A stretch of 64,000 bases of DNA from Candidatus Nealsonbacteria bacterium (GTDB taxonomy: Bacteria > Patescibacteriota > Minisyncoccia > Minisyncoccales > MHMH01): contig JACPGX010000001.1 of the NCBI GenBank assembly GCA_016188865.1, positions 13,197-77,196 of the forward strand. Reading direction: 5' to 3'. The notes below the pieces were generated by a model. The model was not told where the DNA came from, did no database searches, and was given only the letters and a program-made list of their open reading frames with translations. This document shows positions 46,609-56,369 of the stretch, in pieces. Both the position numbers and the translations under genes were made by a program. Numbering within the stretch: position 1 is the first letter of the stretch; each line of letters begins with the position of its first letter.

Positions 46609-47004
46609 CTATTCAGTAGTTTTACCATCGAAATACTCGTTATCCGCCATGGCCTGCCCTTTGGTTGCGTGGACTACCCCGTCCCTATGATTTGGCGGCG
46701 AATAAATCGTATACAGCTTCATTTCTTCGGCAGAGGAAGTGTTTATAATATTGTGTTTTGTTCCTGCGGGCACCACTATGGCAAATCCGTCCCCAATTAG
46801 ATATTCTGACCCATTCAAGACGGCTTTTCCGTTTCCTTTCTCCACCCTTAAAAATTGATCCAAATCGTGCACTTCTTCTCCGATTTCTTCTCCGGGTTTC
46901 AAAGACATTACAACCAATTGGCTGTATCTGGCGGTGTAAAGAACTTTCCGAAAATTACTATTTTCTTCTGTTATTTTTTCGATATTTACTGCATAACCTT
47001 TCAT
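46609..47004 (-). CDS. Cupin domain protein
   Basis: EIGEEVH..DQF..E and VPAGTKHN. Confidence 0.9.
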   Translation of the reverse strand: MKGYAVNIEKITEENSNFRKVLYTARYSQLVVMSLKPGEEIGEEVHDLDQFLRVEKGNGKAVLNGSEYLIGDGFAIVVPAGTKHNIINTSSAEEMKLYTIYSPPNHRDGVVHATKGQAMADNEYFDGKTTE

Positions 47005-47015
47005 ATATTTATAAA

Positions 47016-48185
47016 TTAATTATTATATTTTACTTTTTCTTTTACAAAAATTAACAAAAAAACGGCGGAAATCGTAAGCAGTAAAGAGAAGTAAAAGGGC
47101 GCGGTAGGATCTATTTTGTCCCAAAGCAAACCGGCTATTAGAGAAGAAGGCAAAGCGCAAAGACCAATTATCATTCTGAAGCCGCCCATAGCTGAGCCCA
47201 CCAGCTCTTTTGGAGCTAATTCTCCCACCAAAGCTCTTTGGACGGGATCTATGGCTGCCAAATGAAGCCCGTAAAATATAAAAGCTAAGATAATTCCCCA
47301 ATAACTTTGAAAAATAATGAAAAATAAGGAAACTGCAATCCAGAAAAGAAAAGATAAATAAAGAACTTTTTTCCTGCCGAGCCTGTCAGAAAGTTTACCA
47401 AAAGGCAAAGAGAATGCAGCTGCCACGACCGTGAATAATAAATACAAAACTGGGACTAGACTTGCCTGAAACCCATAATTTTTAGCGAAAATTAATAAAA
47501 AAGAGTAACTAAAAAATCCCAGAGAAAATAAAGCTGTAAGCAACGTATATAATTTTAAATTTTTATCAAAATACTTAAATTTTATTCCTTTAAAAATTCT
47601 GGCCTCATCAGATTTCATTTCTTTTACCAGTAAAGCAACGAGGATCACGGCTATAACAGAAGGAATAGCTGCCAAAAAAAGAAAATTTCTGTATCCTAAA
47701 ATGCCTAAAAAGAAAATTGCCACTAAAACTCCCGCTACCGCTCCTAAATTATCCATCATTCTTAATAAGCCAAAATTTTTACCTCGTTCAGCTCCCGTGC
47801 TGATTTCCGAAATCATAGCATCCCTGGGAACTGACCTCATTTTACCAGATCTATCCAGCATTCTAAAAGGCACGAGAAAATGCCACGTTGGCGATAAGGA
47901 ATAGCCTATTCTAGATATTGCTCCAAATGAATAGCCCAGCCAAACGAATAGCTTCCTCTTTCTGATTCTATCAGAAATATATCCGGAAACTGCCTGAGAG
48001 ATTGAAACGATTGCCTCGCCTAAACCGTCAAGAAACCCCAAGACGACCATATTAGCTCCCATAACACTTGTGACAAATATCGGCCAAACTGAAAATACCA
48101 TATCAGAACCCATATCATTCAAAAATGATGCTATCCCAAAAACCTTAACCGTTCTTTTACTTTTTGGTTGTTCTAAGCTATTCAT
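47016..48185 (-). CDS. MFS transporter
   Basis: About 12 TMs; GYISDRIRKRK and GKLSDRLGRK. Confidence 0.92.
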   Translation of the reverse strand: MNSLEQPKSKRTVKVFGIASFLNDMGSDMVFSVWPIFVTSVMGANMVVLGFLDGLGEAIVSISQAVSGYISDRIRKRKLFVWLGYSFGAISRIGYSLSPTWHFLVPFRMLDRSGKMRSVPRDAMISEISTGAERGKNFGLLRMMDNLGAVAGVLVAIFFLGILGYRNFLFLAAIPSVIAVILVALLVKEMKSDEARIFKGIKFKYFDKNLKLYTLLTALFSLGFFSYSFLLIFAKNYGFQASLVPVLYLLFTVVAAAFSLPFGKLSDRLGRKKVLYLSFLFWIAVSLFFIIFQSYWGIILAFIFYGLHLAAIDPVQRALVGELAPKELVGSAMGGFRMIIGLCALPSSLIAGLLWDKIDPTAPFYFSLLLTISAVFLLIFVKEKVKYNN

Positions 48186-48390
48186 CCTTTGGCTCTATTT
48201 CCTTTTTTATTTCCTCAAATTCATTTTCAATCTCCTTAAGCCTCTCTTTGCTCATTTTTATCAACGATACGGCTTCTTTGACTTTTTCAAGTCCTTGCTC
48301 AACGTCAATTTCCTCTTGATCATCGAACCACTCGGTAATTTCAGCTAACCTCTTTAAATTGGTATTCAAATTTTTGGCATCTTTAATCAT
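48178..48390 (-). CDS. xseB: Exodeoxyribonuclease VII small subunit
   Basis: Short helical protein directly after xseA. Confidence 0.85.
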   Translation of the reverse strand: MIKDAKNLNTNLKRLAEITEWFDDQEEIDVEQGLEKVKEAVSLIKMSKERLKEIENEFEEIKKEIEPKDE

Positions 48391-49571
48391 ATTTTTTGTT
48401 TTACTTTTGAAATAATTTTACCATCGGAAACTTTAAGGTCAAAATCTTCGCCTATTTCAATATCTTTAGTATTTCTTATCACCTTACTGCCTACCATGGC
48501 AATGCTGTAGCCCAATTTCAGCTGCCTTTCCGGGTTATTGAGCAAAGCAATCTTTTCTGACTGCGCTAATTTTTCATTTGCCGCTGACAGTAAGAGCTTA
48601 AATCCGGAAAAAGTTTTTATTAAATAATCCCCTAAAGCTATTTTAACACCAGATAGGCTGCTTTGGAAAATTTGCAAAGAAACTCTTAACTTATTTTCTA
48701 TCATTTTATAGTTTTCGAAAATATCTTCGTAGCGTCCCAAAATATTTCTTTCGTATCTTTCCAAAAGCAAAAGGGCTTCTTCCCATGACTGATTGAGGTA
48801 GTTAGCTGCGGCAGTGGGCGTTGAAACGGAAACGTCTGCGGCAAAAGTGATTAAGGGTTCGTCTTTATGGTGGCCGACTCCGGCAATTACCGGAACCGGA
48901 AAATTCACGACTTCCCTGATAATGGTTTCATTGTTAAAAGGCATTAAAGATTCCAAGGACCCTCCGCCGCGGATAATGACCAAGACATCGATGTCTTGCT
49001 TTTTAAAGGTCTTTAAAGAAGCCAGCAGGTCGCCGACAGCTTCCTGCCCCTCAACCCTGGAATCAATCATTTTAATTTTAAATCCGAACCGGCCGATATT
49101 GTTTAAAAAATCTGCCAAAACCGCTCCGTGTTTTGACGTAATGACTCCGATTTTTTGAGAATACTTTGGAACGGACCTTTTTCTTTCATCGACAAAAAGG
49201 CCCTCTTCCGACAGCCTCTTTTTCAATTCGTCGTATTGCTTTTTCAGTTCGCCTTCGCCTGCCGGCTCAATTGTCTCGGCTATAAAAGAAAGCTTCCCCA
49301 GGGGAGCATAAATTTCAGGGTAGCCTGAAGCCATAATTTTCATTCCAGTTTCCAATTTTATTCCATAAAGATTGTATCTTGATTTCCAAATGATACAACT
49401 CAAAACTGCCCCATCTTTTTCATCTTTTAATGTAAAATAAACATGGCCCAGAGAGCTTACTTTCATTTCGGTAATCTCTCCTATAATTTTCGCCTTGGAG
49501 CTTTTTAGCCCAATATTAAGCAAATATATAAACTCCGAAACCGAAAATATCTTATTCTCCAATGATTCCAT
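48387..49571 (-). CDS. xseA: Exodeoxyribonuclease VII large subunit
   Basis: GHVYFTLKD, RGGGS.E.L, GVGH..D and TPTAAA. Confidence 0.95.
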   Translation of the reverse strand: MESLENKIFSVSEFIYLLNIGLKSSKAKIIGEITEMKVSSLGHVYFTLKDEKDGAVLSCIIWKSRYNLYGIKLETGMKIMASGYPEIYAPLGKLSFIAETIEPAGEGELKKQYDELKKRLSEEGLFVDERKRSVPKYSQKIGVITSKHGAVLADFLNNIGRFGFKIKMIDSRVEGQEAVGDLLASLKTFKKQDIDVLVIIRGGGSLESLMPFNNETIIREVVNFPVPVIAGVGHHKDEPLITFAADVSVSTPTAAANYLNQSWEEALLLLERYERNILGRYEDIFENYKMIENKLRVSLQIFQSSLSGVKIALGDYLIKTFSGFKLLLSAANEKLAQSEKIALLNNPERQLKLGYSIAMVGSKVIRNTKDIEIGEDFDLKVSDGKIISKVKQKI

Positions 49572-49577
49572 ATTTGT

Positions 49578-50708
49578 TTATTTTATCAGATATTTGCGTC
49601 CCTTCAAATGCTCGGGCAAATAATCTTCTTGAGAATATTTTTCGTAGCCCTTACCGTAATTGAGGTCTTTCATCAGCTTAGTTTCAGGATTACGCAAATT
49701 GAGAGGAATCGGCAGATTGCCGTATTGTTTTACATCTGCCATCGCTTCCGTAAAAGCATTGTAAGAACTCCTGTCTTTTTTGCATTGGCACAAATGCACG
49801 ACTCCATGAGCCAAATTGATGCCGCATTCCGGCAAGCCGATTGTTTCCACCGCCCTGAAAACTTCATTGGCTACCACCAAAGCCGTGGGCTGGGCAATGC
49901 CGATGTCTTCTGAAGCGAAAATAACCATTCTTCTGGCTATGAATTTCGGGTCTTCACCGGCATCAATCATTCGAGCTAAATAATATAAAGCGGCATCAGG
50001 CTGGCTCGCCCTCATGCTTTTAATAAAAGCTGAAATTGTGTTGTAATGCTCCTCGCCAACCTTATCGTATCTTAAAAATTTTGACTGAAGAGTATTTTTT
50101 AATGCTTCTACGGTAATATTTTTGTAAAGCCGGGCTGTATTTTCCAGCATGGTAATCGCCTGTCTGGCGTCGCCGTTAGCCATGTTAATCAGCCAATCTT
50201 TCGCTTCTTTGCTCATTTTGAAACCGGCTCTGGCAATAATCGCTGCCATATTTTCATTAGAAAGCGGATTCAAAATAAAAACCCGGCACCTCGACAGCAA
50301 GGGAGATATGATTTCAAAACTCGGATTTTCCGTTGTCGCTCCGATAAGCGTAATATCGCCCCTTTCAACGTAAGGCAACAAAAAATCCTGCTGTGATTTA
50401 TTAAAGCGATGAATTTCATCTAAGAATAAAACTTTGGGGACCCTACCCGAATTTTCTTCCACTATTTTTTTAATATCGGCTTTGCCCGATGAAACCGCTG
50501 ATAATTCGTAAAATTTCGCATTCAAACTATTGGCATATATTTTAGCTAAAGTTGTTTTGCCGGTCCCCGGAGGCCCCCAGAAAATAAAAGAAAACAAATG
50601 CCCCTGCTTAATGGCAATATTCAAGGGTTTTCCCTCTCCGACCAAATGCTCCTGTCCCGCAAACTCTTCCAACTTTTTAGGCCTAATTTTTGAAGCCAAG
50701 GGTTCCAT
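49578..50708 (-). CDS. rarA: Replication-associated recombination protein A
   Basis: GPPGTGKTT, DEIHRFNK.QQD, GATTENP and SEDIG.A.P. Confidence 0.95.
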   Translation of the reverse strand: MEPLASKIRPKKLEEFAGQEHLVGEGKPLNIAIKQGHLFSFIFWGPPGTGKTTLAKIYANSLNAKFYELSAVSSGKADIKKIVEENSGRVPKVLFLDEIHRFNKSQQDFLLPYVERGDITLIGATTENPSFEIISPLLSRCRVFILNPLSNENMAAIIARAGFKMSKEAKDWLINMANGDARQAITMLENTARLYKNITVEALKNTLQSKFLRYDKVGEEHYNTISAFIKSMRASQPDAALYYLARMIDAGEDPKFIARRMVIFASEDIGIAQPTALVVANEVFRAVETIGLPECGINLAHGVVHLCQCKKDRSSYNAFTEAMADVKQYGNLPIPLNLRNPETKLMKDLNYGKGYEKYSQEDYLPEHLKGRKYLIK

Positions 50709-50828
50709 ATATTTTGGCGTTATTATTGAGGTGGTTATTTTGTTGAATTTTTATTTCCTCCGTCAGCTCTGGCGGATTAATGGATATCGGATATCCATTA
50801 ATTCTATCCATTAATTCAATGATACGCC

Positions 50829-50853
50829 ATGTAACGGGTCGTACCCGTTACAT
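50829..50853. repeat. REP-like hairpin, identical core copy at 54836-54858
   Basis: tgtaacgggtcgtacccgttaca at both sites; a different palindrome lies at 50776-50802. Confidence 0.8.
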
Positions 50854-53792
50854 TATCTTTCGGCAAAGTCGCAAATGTCGCAAAAGTCGCAATAAGAACA
50901 CTGCCAGCCGGGGGTAGGGGCAAAGTCGCTGGTTTTGATGGCGCCTATTTCTTCCAGTATTTTTTCTTTAAGTTCGTCTTTTTCTTTGTCAGATCCCAAA
51001 AAAGAGGCTTTCTTTCCATCATTTAAATAATAATAAACCAGTTCTTTGGGTTTTATTTTAAAAATTTCTTCGGCGGCTATTTGATAAATCAACAGCTGTT
51101 CTTTAGAATCAGAATCCAGTTTATCTTTGGATTCGCCAGTTTTGTAATCAATGATTCTGACTCCCTCTGGTATTTCATCTATGCGGTCTATAACTCCCCT
51201 GATGATATTATCTTCAATTTTTAAATTAAATGGCATTTCTAAAGCTAGGTCATTATTCATCTTTAAAATCTTGGGGTAATTTTTATTAAAATCGGCATAA
51301 AAATCTTTTGCTATCTTTTTGCCAAGCTCATAATATTCCTCCTTCTGTTTTTTATTTTCATACCACTCATCAATCCAATTATCTTCGTAAATACTAATGA
51401 GAGAAACTAAGTTTCCACTTGGAAACTTAGTTTCTAGGCCACTATTATCCTTAAAGCCGAATAAATTATTCTGCTTGGCCTTATTAACCTCATTCGCCTG
51501 TTTTAAAAATTGATACAAAGTATTATGCATGGTTTTTCCGAAAGAAAAAACTGCCTTGCCCCTTACCGGCACCCTTAAAATAAAGGCATATTTATACTGC
51601 AATGGGCATTTCTCAAAAGCCGCCAGTTGGGAATAGGAAAAGTGGTCGGGCAGCTGATATGACGACGAATGTCTGAAAATCTGACTTCCCTCAAAATTCT
51701 GAGGGAAGTCGGACTTCCCAATATCGGATTTCGTGCTTCGTGCTTCAGATTTATCGTTGTATCCCATTTCAATCATAAACCTCGATGGCTTCTTTCTTCT
51801 TGCTCCGCCGTAATCCTCGGCTGAAGTAAAGTAAATCCCCTTTTTCGCTCGGGTCATTGCCACGTAGCAAAGCCGCCTTTCTTCCTGCAAATGGACGTCG
51901 CCTTTGGGCTTTATATCTTTAATCAAAGCGTCGGGAACCTCAATCGGGTCTTTTCTTTCAATAGTCGGGAATCTTCTATCCACCATATTCACTAAAAACA
52001 CATATTTAAACTCAAGGCCCTTAGCTCCGTGTATGGTCATTACTTTTATCATGTCTGGCCCTTGCTCGGAATCAAAATCGAGAGAACCCGACTCTCCTGA
52101 TTCTAATTCCAGTTTCATTTCATGCATAAAATTATTGAGAGTCGCATCTATGTTAGCTTCTTCAAAATTCTTTATCTTTTTATAAAATTGATTGAGCAAA
52201 TCTAACTGCTCTTTATCGTCTTTTTCCACTAAATATCTCAAATAACCCGAATCCTCAAGAAAAATAACCAATATTTCTGAAACATTTTTTTTGCCAGCCA
52301 GAATACTGTGCTTTTTTATCAAACTCAATATAAAAGATATTTTTTCCTGCGTTTTTGGGGAAATTCCCTGAATTAAGGGGAGGTCTTCGGCTGCCTCGTA
52401 AAGCGATTTTGTTTTGCGGCTGGAGTATTGGGTAAGTTTCATTATGTCTTCCGTCGAAATATCCAAAAGGACAAAATTTAAAACTCTAAAAAGCGCCGAG
52501 CTCTCGTGATAATTGTCTAAAAGTTTGAAATAAGAAATAATATCCAGAATAACTGGCTTGGAATAAAGGCCCTTTGAGGCTAAAAACTGATAGGGCAAGC
52601 CGGCTCTTTCTAGGGCTTTAATGAATGGCTGGGCATGATCGTTGGCTCTGACTAAAATGGCGAAATCACTGCAAGAAGCCTCTTTGTCGCTCTTTAAAAT
52701 TTCTGATATTTTTTTAATAACTTGATTTGTTTCCTCCTCCAGAGTTTGGGCATGGATATGTTTTATTACGCCTTTGCCATCTTTGTCGGCCACTAGCTGC
52801 TTATTTATTTTATTAACGTATTCGAGGCGGTCCGGGTCGTTGGCTTTGATGAATTTATAAGCCAAGTCCAAAATGTCTTGGCTTGACCTGTAATTTCTAA
52901 CCAAAGATATTTGCTTGGTTTCCGGGAAATCTTTTTTGAATTGAATTATATTTGAAAAAGATGCTCCACGCCACCTATAAATTGCTTGATCGTCGTCAGC
53001 GCAAACTGTCAAATTATTTTTTGGCGAAGTCAATATTTTTATCAATTCATACTGTGCCCAATTTGTGTCCTGAAATTCATCAACTAAAATATATTTGAAT
53101 TTCTCGCGGTATCTTTTTAAAATTAAGGGTCTTTGCTGGAAAATCTTAAGGCAGTAATTTATCAAATCGCCGAAATCTAAATAACTGTTTTCTAAAAGCA
53201 ATTTTTGATAAACATGATAAGCCGAAGCCACCTCTTTTATTCTTTCAGTTTCTCCGTCTTCCGGAACATCGTCCCTTGTTTTTAAATCGTCGGCATATTT
53301 CAAATAATCTTCGGGATAAATCGCCTGATCCTTGCAATGAGAAAAATGAGAAATTAAAGCCTGAATAAATTTCGCGGGATTTCCCAAAGACTTATAATAG
53401 TCTAAATTAAATTTGTCTAAATTTTTAAACATTAAAAGCCAGGCGGCTGTTTGGTCTAAAATCTTAAAATCGCCGGGCAAACCTATATCTAGAGCATGCT
53501 CTCTCAAAACCCTCTCGCAAAAAGAATGAAAAGTTGAAATCCATAAATCAATGTAGCCATAGGGCAGCATTTTATCAACCCGTTCCTCCATTTCTCCGGC
53601 AGCTTTTTCGGTAAAGGTAACCGCCAGAATTTCTTCCGGTTTTGCCAATCCTTTTTCAATTAAATAAGCCACTCTTTGAGTGATTACTGCCGTCTTGCCA
53701 GTACCAGCTCCCGCCACAATCAAAAGAGGGCCCTCCCCGTGAGTTACGGCTATTTTTTGCTCCTCGTTAAGCTTCATTAAATCAATTGCCAT
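50853..53792 (-). CDS. UvrD/PcrA-type helicase with a C-terminal PD-(D/E)xK nuclease
   Basis: AGAGTGKT, DEFQD, TIHGAKGLEF and YVAMTRA, then GVIDRID..IIDYKTG and C..C cluster ligands. Confidence 0.92.
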   Translation of the reverse strand: MAIDLMKLNEEQKIAVTHGEGPLLIVAGAGTGKTAVITQRVAYLIEKGLAKPEEILAVTFTEKAAGEMEERVDKMLPYGYIDLWISTFHSFCERVLREHALDIGLPGDFKILDQTAAWLLMFKNLDKFNLDYYKSLGNPAKFIQALISHFSHCKDQAIYPEDYLKYADDLKTRDDVPEDGETERIKEVASAYHVYQKLLLENSYLDFGDLINYCLKIFQQRPLILKRYREKFKYILVDEFQDTNWAQYELIKILTSPKNNLTVCADDDQAIYRWRGASFSNIIQFKKDFPETKQISLVRNYRSSQDILDLAYKFIKANDPDRLEYVNKINKQLVADKDGKGVIKHIHAQTLEEETNQVIKKISEILKSDKEASCSDFAILVRANDHAQPFIKALERAGLPYQFLASKGLYSKPVILDIISYFKLLDNYHESSALFRVLNFVLLDISTEDIMKLTQYSSRKTKSLYEAAEDLPLIQGISPKTQEKISFILSLIKKHSILAGKKNVSEILVIFLEDSGYLRYLVEKDDKEQLDLLNQFYKKIKNFEEANIDATLNNFMHEMKLELESGESGSLDFDSEQGPDMIKVMTIHGAKGLEFKYVFLVNMVDRRFPTIERKDPIEVPDALIKDIKPKGDVHLQEERRLCYVAMTRAKKGIYFTSAEDYGGARRKKPSRFMIEMGYNDKSEARSTKSDIGKSDFPQNFEGSQIFRHSSSYQLPDHFSYSQLAAFEKCPLQYKYAFILRVPVRGKAVFSFGKTMHNTLYQFLKQANEVNKAKQNNLFGFKDNSGLETKFPSGNLVSLISIYEDNWIDEWYENKKQKEEYYELGKKIAKDFYADFNKNYPKILKMNNDLALEMPFNLKIEDNIIRGVIDRIDEIPEGVRIIDYKTGESKDKLDSDSKEQLLIYQIAAEEIFKIKPKELVYYYLNDGKKASFLGSDKEKDELKEKILEEIGAIKTSDFAPTPGWQCSYCDFCDICDFAER

Positions 53793-53836
53793 TACCTAAT
53801 GGTATATTAAAAAATACGCAGGTTCAACCCGCGTAT

Positions 53837-54529
53837 TTAATTTAATTGCCTAACTATTTCTTTTAATCTTTCGAGTTCCTTCTGACAGTCTTTGACGCTA
53901 TAAAGTTTTGTTCCCATGCCGCAAGGCAGGGTCAATAAGTCTCCCGGCTGGAAATTTTTAACATTAATTGATTCCTTTGCGCCCCAAGCGATTCTTTTTC
54001 CGTTTCGGTAATGCGGATATTTCGTGATATCAAACTGGGAAGCATCAAAACTGATTATTTTTACTAAGTCCGACTTAAATAACTTGTCCCAGTCCATGTT
54101 ACCGCAACAGTGAACTCCTGGCGTTACCTTGAAACTACTGAAAATCGGCAGCCACAGTTCCTCAAAGTCAAACCCTGCCTGCCCTAAAGCTGGTTCGTCC
54201 AAAAACAGGATTATTTCTTTTGCTTCAAGGCCGTCTAAAATGCAGGAAATATGATTATAGGCTCTTTCAACGGCGTCTTCTGCTTCATAGCCCGACATAA
54301 CAAGGGTTGAGGGGCCCACGCACTGAACCTTTACAACGTCAAAAGAATGTTCCTTAAATTCTTCTAAACAACTCAATTGCCCCGGATTTTTAATATACTC
54401 CAATATCGCATCGCCCAGCAAGGGAAGTTCCGGCAAAAACGGAATATCATGCTTCAAGCTGTATTTTACAGCCTGCTTAACATTTTTATACGGCAAAGAG
54501 CCAACTTGAGTAATTATTTTTTCTGCCAT
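53837..54529 (-). CDS. Cobalamin-independent methionine synthase-like (truncated barrel)
   Basis: GSLP, PFLPELP, K.QCVGP.T, FLDEP, GVHCCG, SFDA and PCG. Confidence 0.7.
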   Translation of the reverse strand: MAEKIITQVGSLPYKNVKQAVKYSLKHDIPFLPELPLLGDAILEYIKNPGQLSCLEEFKEHSFDVVKVQCVGPSTLVMSGYEAEDAVERAYNHISCILDGLEAKEIILFLDEPALGQAGFDFEELWLPIFSSFKVTPGVHCCGNMDWDKLFKSDLVKIISFDASQFDITKYPHYRNGKRIAWGAKESINVKNFQPGDLLTLPCGMGTKLYSVKDCQKELERLKEIVRQLN

Positions 54530-54774
54530 TTTAACTTCTCCAAAAGTTTCTGCCACCATTTCTTCTCATCCTTTGGAACAGCAATCTGAAAAATAACTTC
54601 GTACTTATCATGCATCTGCAGTAAAAGATTTTTAATGTATTCTTTTTCTTCTCCGGTGATTTCTTCTATCACATCAACAAAAACCTGATTATCTTTCGCC
54701 CACCTTATATTTATAATACAAGGAATCTTGCCAAGTGCTTCAAAAATAATCTTCGAACGCGATTTTTGCTCCAC
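54514..54774 (-). CDS. Hypothetical protein
   Basis: 86-aa ORF, GTG start with a GAGGTGGAG SD. Confidence 0.65.
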   Translation of the reverse strand: MEQKSRSKIIFEALGKIPCIINIRWAKDNQVFVDVIEEITGEEKEYIKNLLLQMHDKYEVIFQIAVPKDEKKWWQKLLEKLKWQKK

Positions 54775-54932
54775 CCTCCACCTCTATTTTTAAATAACTA
54801 ATCATAGTTTAGCAAATCAAGCCGAAAAATAAAAGTGTAACGGGTCGTACCCGTTACATTGACAAAGATCATTATCTATGGCAGAATACTTTTGTTGAGG
54901 CACGCTAACAACTGGAGAAGAGGGAGAGTATT

Positions 54933-55586
54933 ATGGAAAAAAATAACAAAAAAAGATGGGTTGAATTGTGGCAACGTGCCGGAAGAAACGGGGGAGAAGA
55001 CGCCGGAGATTGCGCCGTTGTGTACGCCCACCTTATAAGTCACCATAGGGGGAAATATGAAAAATCGCCTCGCCTCTATCACACAATAGACCACATAGAT
55101 CGGTGCCTTGAGGAATTTGACGAAGTTAAGGGCCTTTTAACGGAGCCGAACGCAGTTGAAATGGCAATTTGGTTTCATGATTTTTTCTACGATACTTATA
55201 GAAAAGATAACGAAAAAAGAAGTGCTGGGGTAGCGAAAGACATTCTCAAAGCAGCTTCGTTGCCCCATGCCTTTGGTAAACGCGTTACCGAACTAATTCT
55301 CGTGACCAAACACGATATTCCGCCTGCAGATTTTGATGCGCGGATTATAGCCGACATAGACCTGGCTTCGCTGGGTTATTCAGAAAAAATATTCGATGAG
55401 AATACGGCCAAGATTCGCAAAGAATACGACTGGGTGCCAAAAGAAATATTCAATAAGGGAAGAATAAAAATCTTGAAAGCGTTTCTTGATCGCCCAACCA
55501 TTTATTTAACGCAGTTCTTTCGCGATAAGTACGAAGCGCAAGCTCGCAAAAACCTCGCCCGAGCCATCGCAAAACTATTAGAATGA
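54933..55586 (+). CDS. HD-superfamily metal-dependent phosphohydrolase
   Basis: RLYHTIDH, AIWFHD, NEKRSA, TKH, DIDL and IRKEY. Confidence 0.85.
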   Translation: MEKNNKKRWVELWQRAGRNGGEDAGDCAVVYAHLISHHRGKYEKSPRLYHTIDHIDRCLEEFDEVKGLLTEPNAVEMAIWFHDFFYDTYRKDNEKRSAGVAKDILKAASLPHAFGKRVTELILVTKHDIPPADFDARIIADIDLASLGYSEKIFDENTAKIRKEYDWVPKEIFNKGRIKILKAFLDRPTIYLTQFFRDKYEAQARKNLARAIAKLLE

Positions 55587-55808
55587 AACCCTTCGGCAAG
55601 CTCAAGGTAAACAAAAAGGCCTAGAGATAAATCTCTGGGCCTTTCTTTTCACAAACGCAGGAGTTAATGATTGATGTCGTAAACCAATCATAAAAGAATC
55701 CGTGGAACTTCCGCGGATTATTTTTTTGAAGGATAAAACCAGAGTTGACACCATTTTTACCATCGGCCGCAGAAATAAATACACCGGTTGAACCGGTGTA
55801 TTTTGCAA

Positions 55809-55900
55809 TGGGCCTGCCGGGACTCGAACCCGGAACCATCACCTTAAAAGGTTTATCCGCCTTTGGCGGAGTGTTGCTCCCTGCCTGCCCGACAGGCGGG
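55809..55900 (-). pseudogene. 3' piece of a palindrome-disrupted tRNA-Lys(TTT)
   Basis: GAGCAACAC[19-nt insert]CCTTTTAAGGTGATGGTTCCGGGTTCGAGTCCCGGCAGGCCCA. Confidence 0.8.
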
Positions 55901-55913
55901 ACTACTAAGATTA

Positions 55914-55986
55914 TGGGTCTGGCGCGAATCGAACGCGCAACCTCTTCCTTAAAAGGGAATTGCTCTACCAATTGAGCTACAGACCC
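55914..55986 (-). tRNA. tRNA-Lys(TTT), intact
   Basis: GGGTCTG acceptor stem, anticodon loop CTTTTAA and T-loop TTCGATT. Confidence 0.93.
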
Positions 55987-55997
55987 ATGATACTAAT

Positions 55998-56246
55998 TTA
56001 TTTTTGTATAAACTTCTTTAAAAACTCTCTGCCTATTCCGCTTTTTAAATACTTTTCTCGTTTTCTGGCCACATCGCTATTTTCTACTTTTTCGCAATAT
56101 ATTAAATCAAATGGACCACGATTTTTTGTAGAAGGAGTTGCTTTACTGCCATGATTATGTTGATTTATTCTACGGGTTAAATTATTGGTGATGCCAGTAT
56201 AACGCTTTTTATCTTTTTTACTTTTAATTACATAAACAAAATACAT
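55998..56246 (-). CDS. GIY-YIG nuclease (small, UPF0213-like)
   Basis: YFVYVI..RYTG.T..L.RR..QHN and A..RE..LK. Confidence 0.9.
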   Translation of the reverse strand: MYFVYVIKSKKDKKRYTGITNNLTRRINQHNHGSKATPSTKNRGPFDLIYCEKVENSDVARKREKYLKSGIGREFLKKFIQK

Positions 56247-56249
56247 AAT

Positions 56250-56353
56250 ATCACCTTAAAGGGTTTATCCGCCTTTGGCGGAGTGTTGCTCCCTGCCTGC
56301 CGGCAGACAAGGTACCAATTGACCCGCCTATCGGCGGGCAGGGCTACAGGCCC
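56250..56353 (-). pseudogene. 5' piece of the disrupted tRNA-Lys, with three palindromic insertions
   Basis: GGGCCTGTAGC[20]TCAATTGGTA[21]GAGCAACAC[19]CCCTTTAAGGTGAT; its acceptor strand pairs with CAGGCCC at 55810-55816. Confidence 0.8.
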
Positions 56354-56369
56354 CTATACAAAAAACTTT

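Noticed and set aside
55602..55975. ORFs 55602-55808, 55621-55971 and 55745-55975, and a possible tmRNA tag (..LTPAFV)
   Set aside because: They overlap tRNA sequence and hairpins; no tmRNA acceptor ends or stop after the tag-like segment.
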